Origin: Defluviitaleaceae bacterium | GTDB lineage: Bacteria > Bacillota > Clostridia > Lachnospirales > WRAX01 | Direction: 5' to 3' | Length of the DNA stretch: 64,000 bases | NCBI GenBank assembly: GCA_009785595.1 | Contig: WQVZ01000001.1 | Location: forward strand, 149 to 64,148 | Part shown: in pieces, positions 36,843-46,077 of the stretch | How positions within the stretch are numbered: the first letter of the stretch is position 1 | Layout of the letters: each line of letters starts with the position of its first letter | Program-made: the position numbers and the translations under genes | Notes under the pieces: model-generated | What the model saw: the letters and a program-made list of their open reading frames with translations, nothing else | Database searches by the model: none | What the model was told of the DNA's origin: nothing

Positions 36843-36871
36843 TTGACAAAGTTATAAAACCGGGTTATTAT
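36843..36871 (+). promoter_or_regulatory. promoter of the TPP riboswitch-thiT unit
   Basis: TTGACA (36843-36848), 17-nt spacer, TATTAT (36866-36871). Confidence 0.55.
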
Positions 36872-36892
36872 GGTCTTAACAAAAAATATTAG

Positions 36893-37034
36893 TTTGGCTA
36901 GGGGTGCTTTTTGTGTGGTTTGCAAAGGGCTGAGATAATACCCTTTAACTTGATCCGGATAATGCCGGCGAAAGGAAGTTACAGCTAGGTAGTTTTTCTC
37001 TGCCGCCCTCCTTGCCATTCAATTAAAAAGGAGG
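36893..37034 (+). promoter_or_regulatory. TPP (THI-box) riboswitch with SD-sequestering expression platform
   Basis: GGGGTGC ... GGGCTGAGATAATACCC ... ACTTGATCCGGATAATGCCGGCGAAAGGAAG matches the conserved TPP aptamer core. Downstream, CCTCCTT (37007-37013) can pair with the SD AAGGAGG (37028-37034). Confidence 0.88.
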
Positions 37035-37041
37035 ATTTTTT

Positions 37042-37710
37042 ATGGCTTTTTTTGAGCAATTTGCCAGCCTGATCAACACAGACCTAGGCAGATTTATCAC
37101 CTTGTTGATTGCGGCACTGTTGTTTATTGTTGTTGTGGGCCGTTTTTTCAAAAAGGCTAAGTTTACAACCGCCACATTGGCCTATGTGGGCTTGGCACTA
37201 GCCATCGCCTTTGTGTTATCTTATTTTAGGCTGTATCAGTTCCCCTGGGGCGGCTCTGTTACATTTATGAGCATGTTTTTTGTCGTGTTGATAGGTCTGT
37301 GGTTTGGCCCAACTGTCGGCCTGGTGTCGGCTTTTGCTTATGGTTTGCTACAATTAGCCCAAAACCCCATGATATTCTATCCCTTACAGCTTATTTTAGA
37401 TTACCCCTTGGCCTTTGGTGCCTTGGGTCTGGCGGGCTTTTTCCGCAAAATGAAAGGCGGTATGTACATAGGTTTTGTTGTGGCCGTTTTCGGTCGTTGG
37501 GTTTTCCACACCTTATCGGGATATTTCTTTTTCTCCCAATGGGCATGGGAAGGTTGGAACGCACTGCCGTACGCCATGGCCTATAACGCCATTTATCTTG
37601 GCGCAGAAATGATACTCACATTGGTTATCATATCCATTCCCGTCATGCGTCATGCTTTGGATCATGTAAAAAATCGTGTGGTAACGGCCGGGGCCGCCAC
37701 AGCAAGGTAG
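37042..37710 (+). CDS. thiT: thiamine transporter ThiT (ECF S component / YuaJ family)
   Basis: 222 aa with six predicted TM segments. It lies directly behind the TPP riboswitch, and its sequence pattern is consistent with the ThiT family. Confidence 0.8.
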   Translation: MAFFEQFASLINTDLGRFITLLIAALLFIVVVGRFFKKAKFTTATLAYVGLALAIAFVLSYFRLYQFPWGGSVTFMSMFFVVLIGLWFGPTVGLVSAFAYGLLQLAQNPMIFYPLQLILDYPLAFGALGLAGFFRKMKGGMYIGFVVAVFGRWVFHTLSGYFFFSQWAWEGWNALPYAMAYNAIYLGAEMILTLVIISIPVMRHALDHVKNRVVTAGAATAR

Positions 37711-37740
37711 TAAAACGGGCGGCAAAATGCCGCCCCTACA
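37711..37740 (-). terminator. parB terminator formed by REP-like copy B1
   Basis: The minus strand reads TGTAGGGGCGGCATTTTGCCGCCC: a 7-bp stem and a 5-nt loop, followed by GTTTTA. 25 nt are identical to the copy at 46078-46102. Confidence 0.6.
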
Positions 37741-37775
37741 GAAATTGCGAAACCTGGGGTAGCTTCTTGCTGCCC

Positions 37776-38660
37776 CTACTTTTTTGACTTTTTCACAATA
37801 TCTATAATACGGTTAAGATCTTCTGCAGAAAAATAATTTATCTCTATTTTTCCGCCGCCGCCGGTTTTGTTGTCGCGTATATTTACCCGTGTGCCAAGAA
37901 TGCCGCGCAAATCCATTTGAAAGCTCGTGTATTTTTCTTTGCTTTCGGCAGCAAGCTTTGGCTTTTCTTCTTCCGGCACCTGGCCATCGGCCAGTTTTTT
38001 TGCAAGCTCTTCGGCCGTGCGCACACTAAGGCCCTCTTCCACAATCTTTGCGGCCAGCAGGGTTTGGGCCTCTTGGTCGTCAACAGACAGCAGGGTTTTT
38101 GCGTGACCCATAGAAAGCTCGCCATTTATGATAAAGTCCTGCACCGGGGCTTGCAACCGCAAAAGTCTGATGCAGTTGGTAATATGGCTTCTGCTTTTGC
38201 CCACTTTTTTCGCAATTTCCTCTTGGGTCAAAGAAAATTCTTCGTTAAGCTTTTTGTAGCAATTGGCTTCTTCTATAGGGTTAAGGTCTTCCCGCTGGAT
38301 ATTCTCTATTAGGGCAATTTCCAAAACCTCTATGCCAGAATACTCCCGCACAATCACGGGTATTTTTCCCAGCCCCAGGTGCTGCGCCGCTCGCCATCTG
38401 CGCTCGCCCGCCACAATTACATAATTATCTCCAAATTGTGTCACAATGATGGGCTGTATTATGCCAAATTCTTTTACGGACTCCGCCAGTTCCTCTATGT
38501 GGCTACGGTCAAAGCGTTTTCTGGGTTGGTCGGGATTAGGGTTAATTTTCCCAATTTCCACTTCCAAAACCCCGCCGCTCACCGGTTCGTCATTGGCCTC
38601 GTTATAAGCTATCAATGCGTCAAGGCCTTTGCCCAGGCCTTTTCCTAAGCCTTTTTTCAT
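37776..38660 (-). CDS. parB: chromosome partitioning protein ParB/Spo0J
   Basis: 294 aa. GLGKGLDALI, IIQPIIV and GERRWRAA motifs. Confidence 0.93.
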   Translation of the reverse strand: MKKGLGKGLGKGLDALIAYNEANDEPVSGGVLEVEIGKINPNPDQPRKRFDRSHIEELAESVKEFGIIQPIIVTQFGDNYVIVAGERRWRAAQHLGLGKIPVIVREYSGIEVLEIALIENIQREDLNPIEEANCYKKLNEEFSLTQEEIAKKVGKSRSHITNCIRLLRLQAPVQDFIINGELSMGHAKTLLSVDDQEAQTLLAAKIVEEGLSVRTAEELAKKLADGQVPEEEKPKLAAESKEKYTSFQMDLRGILGTRVNIRDNKTGGGGKIEINYFSAEDLNRIIDIVKKSKK

Positions 38661-38682
38661 GGATATTACCCCCTATTGTTTT

Positions 38683-39450
38683 TTATATCTGCCTTTTCGC
38701 AATAACTTCATGAGCCAAGGCCACATACGCCTCGCAACCCTTAGATTTAGGGTCGTACATGGTTATGGGAAGTCCATGACTGGGTGCCTCACCAAGCCTA
38801 ACATTCCGCGGTATGATGCTTCTGTACACGCTGTCCTCCAGATGAGATTTTACTTCTTCTACCACCTGGGCGGACAGATTTGTGCGAGAATCGTACATAG
38901 TAAAAACCACGCCCTCCAGCTCCAGCCGCTTGTTAAGCCGCTTTTTCACCAATTCTATGGTATACATCAGCTGGCTTAGCCCCTCCAGGGCAAAGTATTC
39001 GCATTGTATGGGCACCAGTATCGAATCCGATGCCGTAAGAGCATTAACCGTAAGCAGGTTAAGGGACGGCGGGCAGTCTATCAAAATATAATCGTAAATG
39101 TACTTCATGTCCACCAATATGCGTTTTAATATGTACTCTCTGTCAGTAAAATTTATCAGCTCTATCTCTGCTCCGGCAAGCTCCACAACAGCTGGCATAA
39201 GGCTTAAATTTTCCACAATGGTAGGTATAATAACCTCATCGGCCCTTTTGGTGCCCAAAAGCAAATCGTATACCGATGCCGCCGTGGCGCGCTTGTCCAC
39301 CCCAAGGCCGCTTGTGGTGTTGGCTTGGGGGTCGGTGTCAATAACCAGCACCTTTTTGCCCTCCAAGGCAAGGCAAGCCGCCAGGTTTATGGTGGTTGTG
39401 GTTTTGCCCACACCACCTTTTTGGTTTGCTACAGAAATAATCCTTCCCAT
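38683..39450 (-). CDS. soj: chromosome partitioning ATPase ParA/Soj
   Basis: 255 aa. Deviant Walker A NQKGGVGKTTTTINLA. Confidence 0.95.
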   Translation of the reverse strand: MGRIISVANQKGGVGKTTTTINLAACLALEGKKVLVIDTDPQANTTSGLGVDKRATAASVYDLLLGTKRADEVIIPTIVENLSLMPAVVELAGAEIELINFTDREYILKRILVDMKYIYDYILIDCPPSLNLLTVNALTASDSILVPIQCEYFALEGLSQLMYTIELVKKRLNKRLELEGVVFTMYDSRTNLSAQVVEEVKSHLEDSVYRSIIPRNVRLGEAPSHGLPITMYDPKSKGCEAYVALAHEVIAKRQI

Positions 39451-39714
39451 GAAATACCTACTTTCTCATACTAGACTTGTTCCAAAACCCATGTTGAAGC
39501 AATTTTTCCGAACCTTACGCTTTTGCCTTGCAAAAGCACTGGATTTATGCGTCACACCCACAGGGTACAGGATGCGTAGCAAATTTTGCGCGGCGAAGGT
39601 CCATTACGCCTATAACGCAACCAAGTGAAGGACTGATTGTGCTTTGCGCAATCATATTGTGTGAAACAGGTTTTGGAAAAGGTCTACTGTCCTGTGCATT
39701 GTTTCCATTTTAGC

Positions 39715-39774
39715 ACAAAAAAACAGATTCTGCAAATTTATTGTTCCACGTGGAACATATATGCAGAATCTGTT
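39715..39774 (-). terminator. compound terminator-like hairpin enclosing parS
   Basis: 13-bp arms AACAGATTCTGCA (39722-39734) and TGCAGAATCTGTT (39762-39774) enclose the parS palindrome. The minus strand continues with a T-run (39721-39717). The structure starts 17 nt after the stop of the 39791..40357 gene. Confidence 0.5.
39742..39757. other. parS: parS centromere-like site
   Basis: TGTTCCACGTGGAACA is a perfect 16-bp palindrome matching the Firmicutes parS consensus TGTTNCACGTGAAACA. It lies ~290 bp upstream of soj-parB. Confidence 0.85.
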
Positions 39775-39790
39775 GAATTATCAGACATAA

Positions 39791-40357
39791 TTATTTGTTG
39801 CTGTCTTCTTGGTTGCCGCCACCCCTGCGCTTGCCTATAATTCCCCGGAAATAACATACAGCCACAATGCCCAAAACCAACCAGGCATACCAAGGCAAGG
39901 CCGAAACAATATTAATAGCCAAAGACACAACCACAATAACTATCAGCACCGCCAGCAAGCTTTTGTTTTTGCCCAGCGGGCCTATGTTAGGAATAACATC
40001 CTTTACCTCTTTGCCCATGATGATGTCACGCCTTATGCCAAAGGCCTCAAAAAAGGACACGGCATAAAGGGCAGCTATGGAAAATCCGGTAAAAATGGCC
40101 ACTGGGGCAAAAATGGGTATAACCATAACCTTAAAGAAAATTACAAGGGCCAAGGCCGAAATGTAAAACAGGCCTCTGCGTATCAATCCCAGGTAAATAT
40201 GGCCAAGCCCCGGCAAAACCGACAGGATAAAAATCCAAAACCTGCTGGGACGCCGCGCAGGCGGTGGGTATGCATAATGGGGATGCGGCGGCGCAGATGG
40301 TGCCGCGCCGTCCAGCCTAATATCTTTTTTATAGTCGTCGTTTCCGTTATAGCTCAT
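39791..40357 (-). CDS. hypothetical membrane protein with proline-rich N-terminus
   Basis: ORF-track start trimmed to MSYNGNDDYKK at 40357, with AGGAG 8 nt upstream. Four predicted TM segments. No family recognised. Confidence 0.55.
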   Translation of the reverse strand: MSYNGNDDYKKDIRLDGAAPSAPPHPHYAYPPPARRPSRFWIFILSVLPGLGHIYLGLIRRGLFYISALALVIFFKVMVIPIFAPVAIFTGFSIAALYAVSFFEAFGIRRDIIMGKEVKDVIPNIGPLGKNKSLLAVLIVIVVVSLAINIVSALPWYAWLVLGIVAVCYFRGIIGKRRGGGNQEDSNK

Positions 40358-40465
40358 AAAATCCGCTCCTTTGGGCATTCGTTTTGCATTTCTTATACCC
40401 AAATACGCAAAGGTTTTCAAAAAGTTTGTTGGCCGGTTAATTTTTTATTTTGTATATCCCAAGGC

Positions 40466-42163
40466 CTACATCACATCCGGTGCCTTTATGCCCAGCAAGC
40501 CCAGCGCAACCGCAATGACATCTTTTGTGCATTTGGTCAGCATCAGCCGGGCCTTTTGCACATCCTCATCCGCCCGCAAAATGGGGTTGTCGTGATAAAA
40601 TTTATTATATGCCCGGGCCACCTGCATAACGTAGCGGGATATTATGAAGGGTTCGTATTTTGCGGCGGCTTCGGCCACTTTTTCCGAAAAGATATGCAGG
40701 GTTTTTATCAGCTCAAATTCCTCGCCGGTGGCTAATTTGGCTGGGTCGGCATCGGCATAGTCCATTTGGGCTTTGTTTAGCACAGAACTACAGCGGGCGT
40801 GGGTATATTGCACATAGGGGCTGGTTTCGCCGTCAAAAGCAAAAATTCTGTCCCAAGAAAACACTGTGTCCTTGATGCGGGTGTTATACAGTGCGCTAAA
40901 CACAATTGCTCCTGTGCCAACCTGTTCGGCTACGGTCTCTTTGTCTGCCAGGCCGGGGTTTTTCTCGCTTATTATGCCCAAAACCTTTTCGGCGGCCTGG
41001 TCAAACAAATCTGCCAGAATAAGGGTGTTGCCTTTGCGGGAGGAAAGGTTGTCCCCTTCAAAGCTAAGCAATCCATAAGGCACATGAACCATATCGTTTT
41101 CCCACGGGTATCCCATCAGCCCAATAACCTTAAAAAATTGCGCAAAATGAAGGCTTTGCCGCATGTCTGTTACATATAGAGACTTATGAAAGTCATACAT
41201 TTGCTTGCGGTCAAAAGCGGCGGCAATATCCCGCGTGGGGTACAACGTGCCGCCATCCGAGCGCAAAATAAGGCATGGCGGCATCTTGTATTCCTCAAGG
41301 TCAACAATCATCGCGCCTTCGCTTTCTTTCAACAACCCTTTGTCCCGTATTTCATCAACAACCGCACCCATTTTGTCGTTGTAATAACTTTCTCCGCGAT
41401 AGGAATCAAATGGTATATTCAGCCGCTTGTACATCTTTTCGTATTCTGTTATGGATATTTCCTTAAACCACTCCCATAGACGCAGGGCTTCTTCGTCACC
41501 TTTTTGCATACGCAGCATCCAGGCCCGTGCATCGGCTTCCAATTGTGGATTTGCTTCAACCTCCACATGGAATTTTACATAAAGCCGTTCCAGTTCTTCA
41601 ACGCCGCCCTGTACCACGTCTTCCTCTTTGCCCCAGGATTTAAACGCCACAATGAGCTTGCCAAATTGTGTGCCCCAGTCACCAAGATAGTTTATGCCCA
41701 CAACATTATAGCCCAAATGATTGTTAATTCTATTTAGTGCCGCACCAATAACCGTGGAGTATAAGTGGCCGATGTGCATACGCTTGGCAATGTTTGGTGA
41801 AGAATAGTCCATAACAATTGTTTTGCCGGCACCAATGTCAGAACTGCCATATTTATCGCCCTTGGCGGTTATCTCTGAAAGAACCGCCTTGGCGAAAGCA
41901 GCGCGCTTTACAAAAAAATTAAGGTATGGGCCGGCAATGTCGGTTTTCTCAAGAAATTCTGGCATATCAGGCTCTATTTTTGATGCTATGTCTTTTGCGA
42001 TAACAGGCGGGGCTTGCCGTAGCTCTTTGGCCAGCTTAAAGCATGAAAAAGCAAAATCGCCCATGGTTGGATCCGGCGGGATTTTTAGGGCATCTGCCAC
42101 CTCTTGTACGTCCGCATTTATGGCCGCGCTTATTAGCTTTGCTATCTCCATTTTAAAATCCAT
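40466..42163 (-). CDS. argS: arginine--tRNA ligase
   Basis: 565 aa. Class I motif SPNIAKRMHIGHL and a C-terminal DALR-type anticodon-binding region ending ...GIKAPDVM. GGAGG lies upstream. Confidence 0.95.
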   Translation of the reverse strand: MDFKMEIAKLISAAINADVQEVADALKIPPDPTMGDFAFSCFKLAKELRQAPPVIAKDIASKIEPDMPEFLEKTDIAGPYLNFFVKRAAFAKAVLSEITAKGDKYGSSDIGAGKTIVMDYSSPNIAKRMHIGHLYSTVIGAALNRINNHLGYNVVGINYLGDWGTQFGKLIVAFKSWGKEEDVVQGGVEELERLYVKFHVEVEANPQLEADARAWMLRMQKGDEEALRLWEWFKEISITEYEKMYKRLNIPFDSYRGESYYNDKMGAVVDEIRDKGLLKESEGAMIVDLEEYKMPPCLILRSDGGTLYPTRDIAAAFDRKQMYDFHKSLYVTDMRQSLHFAQFFKVIGLMGYPWENDMVHVPYGLLSFEGDNLSSRKGNTLILADLFDQAAEKVLGIISEKNPGLADKETVAEQVGTGAIVFSALYNTRIKDTVFSWDRIFAFDGETSPYVQYTHARCSSVLNKAQMDYADADPAKLATGEEFELIKTLHIFSEKVAEAAAKYEPFIISRYVMQVARAYNKFYHDNPILRADEDVQKARLMLTKCTKDVIAVALGLLGIKAPDVM

Positions 42164-42182
42164 ATTTAAATACCTCCGGCTT

Positions 42183-42208
42183 ATAAAACGGGCGGCATAT
42201 CGCCGCCC
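42183..42208 (-). terminator. REP-like copy B3 / terminator-like hairpin directly upstream of argS
   Basis: The minus strand reads GGGCGGC gatat GCCGCCC followed by GTTTTAT. It starts 3 nt after the stop of the upstream gene and ends ~10 nt before the argS SD. Confidence 0.5.
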
Positions 42209-42211
42209 TCG

Positions 42212-42763
42212 CTATCTTTCATCGTCAATACGAATTTCTTTTCTGTTGTGGTACAGCTCCTCCAGCACATTGCGGTAAAAATTCTCAACATCCCGGGCTT
42301 TGTTAACTTGGTCTTCCAATGTAGTTTTAAGCAGGTCGTCCATATCACGAAAGATACCGTCAACATATTGGGCGGCAGAAAATTTAAATTCACTGGTTTC
42401 TTTGTTGGCGTTTTCTACAATTTCTTTTGCCGTCATTTTGGCTTGCGTGGTAATTTCGTGGGCACTTACCATCTCATTAGCCTGAGCTTCAGCGGCTTTA
42501 ATAATCATCTCCGCCCTGCTGCGGGCTTCGCTAAGGTGGCTGTCTTTGTCGTGCAGCACCCGCTTTGCCTGGTTTATTTCGGAAGGCAGCCCTTTTCGCA
42601 TTTCATACATAATGGCCCTAGCTTCGTCAATTAAACCAAACAGGGCTTCTTTTTCTATACTTATCTTGGCAGAAAAGGGCACCGAGCGGGCCGTGTCAAT
42701 CACTTCATCCATCTTTGCCAACAGATCTTCAATTCTGTCAATATGCGACGTAATAAGTTCCAT
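42212..42763 (-). CDS. hypothetical coiled-coil protein
   Basis: 183 aa. Charged, heptad-like helical sequence. GGGAGG lies upstream. Function not recognised. Confidence 0.6.
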   Translation of the reverse strand: MELITSHIDRIEDLLAKMDEVIDTARSVPFSAKISIEKEALFGLIDEARAIMYEMRKGLPSEINQAKRVLHDKDSHLSEARSRAEMIIKAAEAQANEMVSAHEITTQAKMTAKEIVENANKETSEFKFSAAQYVDGIFRDMDDLLKTTLEDQVNKARDVENFYRNVLEELYHNRKEIRIDDER

Positions 42764-42792
42764 TATAAAGTACGCCTCCCTAACATTCGTAT

Positions 42793-43296
42793 TTATATAA
42801 CCGGGCCAGCACAGCTCGCCCCTACTATTTTCTTCATCAATCTGACCCTTACGGCGGCAGGCACCATATAATCCACATTACCGCCCAAAATAGCCACTTC
42901 TTTCACGATAGAGGATGAAAGATAGGAATATTGGGGGCTGGTTGATATAAACAGGGTTTCAATGCTGTCGTTAAGGCTTCTGTTTGTTTGAGCCATTTGA
43001 AATTCATATTCAAAGTCCGTAACAGCCCGCAAGCCCCGTATAACGGCATTTGCTCCGGCGGCGGCGGCAAAATCCACCAGCAAACCGGAAAAAGCGGCAA
43101 ATTCTATGTTTTTAATATGGCCGCAGGTTTCTTCAAGTATAGCCAGGCGGTCGTCCACACTAAACATGGCAGGTGTTTTTGATGAATTATTAAGCACCGC
43201 CACAATCAATTTATCCGCAATTTTTGATGCTCGCGTTATTATGTCCAAATGTCCATTGGTTAAGGGGTCAAAACTGCCCGGGTATACAGCTGTCAT
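42793..43296 (-). CDS. coaD: phosphopantetheine adenylyltransferase
   Basis: 167 aa. AVYPGSFDPLTNGHLDII signature. Confidence 0.93.
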   Translation of the reverse strand: MTAVYPGSFDPLTNGHLDIITRASKIADKLIVAVLNNSSKTPAMFSVDDRLAILEETCGHIKNIEFAAFSGLLVDFAAAAGANAVIRGLRAVTDFEYEFQMAQTNRSLNDSIETLFISTSPQYSYLSSSIVKEVAILGGNVDYMVPAAVRVRLMKKIVGASCAGPVI

Positions 43297-43304
43297 ATGC
43301 TCTC

Positions 43305-43874
43305 CTATTCGTCATCCCGGACTATACCCGGGATATCCATAAAAACCAGCCGTGTGCCAGAATATTCTTTTTCCTTGAACACCGTCAGCCCACCAAGCCG
43401 TGGCACGGCCTCGTGTTTACTCATCTCCAGGATAATATAACCGTCACGGGCCAAAATATCCTTATGTACAATGGCTTGCAGCACATTATCGACAAAATCC
43501 CCGAAATACGGCGGATCCAAAAATATTATGCCAAATTTTTGGCCCTGGGCGGCAAGCTTTTCAATAGCATTGGTTGCGTCCGCTTTAATAACCACAGCCT
43601 TGTCTTTAAGCCTGGTTTTTTCCAAATTACGCTGCACCAAGGCCACGCATTTTTGTGATGCATCCACAAATGTGGCAGAATTTGCTCCACGACTAAGGGC
43701 TTCTATGCCCACAGCCCCGGAACCTGCAAACAGATCTAAAAAATCAACACCATACACATCATCCCGAATAATATTGAAGATATTTTCTTTAACAAAATCG
43801 GAAGTGGGGCGGGTTGCATCGCCCCGGGGAGAAAAAAGCACAGTACCCCTTGCAGAACCGGCGATAACGCGCAT
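43305..43874 (-). CDS. rsmD: 16S rRNA (guanine966-N2)-methyltransferase RsmD
   Basis: ORF-track start trimmed to MRVIAGSARG at 43874, with GGGAGGG upstream. FAGSGAVGIEALSRGA and IIFLDPPY motifs. Confidence 0.9.
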   Translation of the reverse strand: MRVIAGSARGTVLFSPRGDATRPTSDFVKENIFNIIRDDVYGVDFLDLFAGSGAVGIEALSRGANSATFVDASQKCVALVQRNLEKTRLKDKAVVIKADATNAIEKLAAQGQKFGIIFLDPPYFGDFVDNVLQAIVHKDILARDGYIILEMSKHEAVPRLGGLTVFKEKEYSGTRLVFMDIPGIVRDDE

Positions 43875-44001
43875 ACTTTTGCCCTCCCTTGGCATTTTAT
43901 CTATTATACCCAATATCTGTCGAAATGTAAATAATTAAAGGGAAACTTTTTTTGAAAATTTTCGCAACGGCTTTCGTATGGGTGGCATTTTGCCGCCTGG
44001 T

Positions 44002-46059
44002 TTACAAACCTATGCCGCCGCCAAACCTTCCCAAAATCTGCGCTATCCGGTCTTTCAGCCCTCGGTGTTCTGTTTTTAACAGCTGTGGATCCCCCTCAAA
44101 AACCTTTAAAACAGCACCTTTCGCTTCCTCCAGCGCCACCATATCTTTATACAAATTAGCCAGACGCATTTGCGGTACACCGTGCTGCATGGTGCCAAAA
44201 AATTCCCCCGGGCCACGCAATTCCAAGTCCAGCTCCGACAGCACAAAGCCGTCGTTCGTATCTGCCATGGCCTCCATGCGCTTTTTAGTCACGGCATTAT
44301 CAGCATCCGTCACCAGGATACAATAAGATTTTTTATCAGAACGCCCCACCCGGCCCCGCAGTTGGTGCAGTTGCGATAGGCCAAAGCGCTCGGCATTTTC
44401 AATCAAAATAACCGTGGCATTGGGCACATTTATACCCACTTCTATCACCGTGGTGGATACCAGAATTTTGGTGTCACCCGCGGCAAAAGACGCCATTATG
44501 CGGTTTTTTTCCTCGGGTTTCATGCGGCCATGCAAAATCTCCAAGGATATATCCGCAAAAACCCCATTTCTAAGCTGTTCCGCGAACTTTGTCACAGAAT
44601 TTATATCTTCAAAACCCTCGGCCTCGCTTTCCTCCACCAGTGGGCAAATAATATACGCCTGACGGCCTTTTTCTATCTCGCCAAACATAAACCTAAAAAT
44701 TCTCTGGTGATAAGAGCTGGCCACGGCATAGGTGTCAATTTTTTGCCGCCCCGGAGGCAGCTGGTTTATGGTAGAAATATCCATATCTCCATACAGCACC
44801 ATGGCCAAGCTGCGGGGTATGGGTGTGGCCGTCATCACCAGCACATGGGGGTGGTTGCCTTTTTCGTTAAGTCGCCCCCGCTGGCGCACCCCAAAGCGAT
44901 GCTGCTCGTCTGTGATAACCAGACCCAGGTTGGCAAATTCTACGCTGCTTTGTATCAAGGCATGTGTGCCAATAATTATGTCAATTTCACCGTTTTTCAG
45001 CCGGCGGCGCACATCTGTTTTGTCCTTGGCTTTTAGCGAGCCCACAAGCAACTCGCACCTTACACCCAGCGGCCCAAAAATCTCTGCAAAAGAGATATGG
45101 TGCTGGGTTGCCAGTGTTTCTGTAGGGGCCATCAATGCGGCTTGGGTGCCGTTTTTTACCGCCAAAAAGCACATTATCATGGCCACGGCAGTTTTGCCGC
45201 TGCCCACATCCCCCTGTATCAGCCGGTTTGCCGCATACCCCGATGACAAATCCACCGATATCTCTCCCACAACCTTTTGCTGGTCGGGCGTAAGCTGATA
45301 CGGCAGGGCGGCTAGAATTTCCGCGGCGTCAAGATGCTCAAAAACACAGCCGCGGGCCTGTCTAAAGTATCCTTTGGCCCACATTAACGCCCCTTGCATT
45401 AAAAAAAGCTCCTCGAAAACAAGGCGGCGGCGCGCGGTGTAATATGCCTGGCTGTTTTCGGGGAAGTGTATGTTTTTTACTGCAAAATCTCTGCAACACA
45501 GGCCATGGGCCTCCAAAATATTAGGCGGCAAAAAATCGTCAATTCCCTCTGTCAATCCATCCAGTGCCTGGCTCATAAGCCCCCGCAGCACCTTCTGCGA
45601 AACCCCGGCAGTCAAAGAATATATAGGCACAATGCGCCCGGCAGACAGGGCCGCATCGGACACACTCTCCCATTCCGGGTTTTCTATGGTCAGCCGCCCC
45701 ATCTTGCGCACAACTCTACCAGATATAAAATATTCCGTGCCTTTTTGGAAATTGCGCCCCATGTACGGCTGATTAAACCACGTCAAATCCACATATCCCG
45801 CGCCGTCCCCAAAGGTCATTTTGGTGATGTTTATGCGGCCCTTGTTCAGCGTCTGCGGTGGACCAGCCAAAACAGCTGCAATAGTGGCCATTTGTCCATC
45901 TTGCAGCTGATCTATTTTATATATACGACTGCGGTCCAAATAGTCCCGGGGAAAGTATTCCACCAGGTCGCCAATGGTATGTATATCCATTTTTGCCAGC
46001 AGTGCGGCGCGCTGTCCACCCACGTTTTTAAGGGTTTGTATGTTGTCGGTTAATTGCAT
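44002..46059 (-). CDS. recG: ATP-dependent DNA helicase RecG
   Basis: 685 aa. Wedge/OB N-terminal region, Walker A GDVGSGKT and DEQHRFG. Confidence 0.95.
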   Translation of the reverse strand: MQLTDNIQTLKNVGGQRAALLAKMDIHTIGDLVEYFPRDYLDRSRIYKIDQLQDGQMATIAAVLAGPPQTLNKGRINITKMTFGDGAGYVDLTWFNQPYMGRNFQKGTEYFISGRVVRKMGRLTIENPEWESVSDAALSAGRIVPIYSLTAGVSQKVLRGLMSQALDGLTEGIDDFLPPNILEAHGLCCRDFAVKNIHFPENSQAYYTARRRLVFEELFLMQGALMWAKGYFRQARGCVFEHLDAAEILAALPYQLTPDQQKVVGEISVDLSSGYAANRLIQGDVGSGKTAVAMIMCFLAVKNGTQAALMAPTETLATQHHISFAEIFGPLGVRCELLVGSLKAKDKTDVRRRLKNGEIDIIIGTHALIQSSVEFANLGLVITDEQHRFGVRQRGRLNEKGNHPHVLVMTATPIPRSLAMVLYGDMDISTINQLPPGRQKIDTYAVASSYHQRIFRFMFGEIEKGRQAYIICPLVEESEAEGFEDINSVTKFAEQLRNGVFADISLEILHGRMKPEEKNRIMASFAAGDTKILVSTTVIEVGINVPNATVILIENAERFGLSQLHQLRGRVGRSDKKSYCILVTDADNAVTKKRMEAMADTNDGFVLSELDLELRGPGEFFGTMQHGVPQMRLANLYKDMVALEEAKGAVLKVFEGDPQLLKTEHRGLKDRIAQILGRFGGGIGL

Positions 46060-46077
46060 TTGCCATCACACTCTAAT

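Noticed and set aside
36827-37018. N-terminal extensions offered by the ORF track. These are Cof hydrolase to 37018, aroA to 12120, Asp23 to 48482, the PHP protein from 60313, hemW from 56024, the phosphoglucomutase from 57231, YihY from 4853, rpmE to 22895, rsmD to 43913 and the Gx transporter to 4466.
   Set aside because: In each case the conserved protein N-terminus begins at an internal start codon with a proper SD. The extension crosses a riboswitch, a hairpin array, a promoter or another gene.
39579-39591. A 13-nt identity (GCAAATTTTGCGC) between the metK leader (1102-1114) and the region upstream of soj.
   Set aside because: My rough expectation for chance 13-mer matches between two positions in 64 kb on both strands is in the tens, so this is not significant on its own.
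18078-42163. T-box leaders for the aminoacyl-tRNA synthetase genes metG, glnS and argS.
   Set aside because: The upstream spacers are too short to hold a T-box: metG overlaps prfA, glnS has 68 nt and argS has 48 nt. No specifier or T-box sequence is visible.
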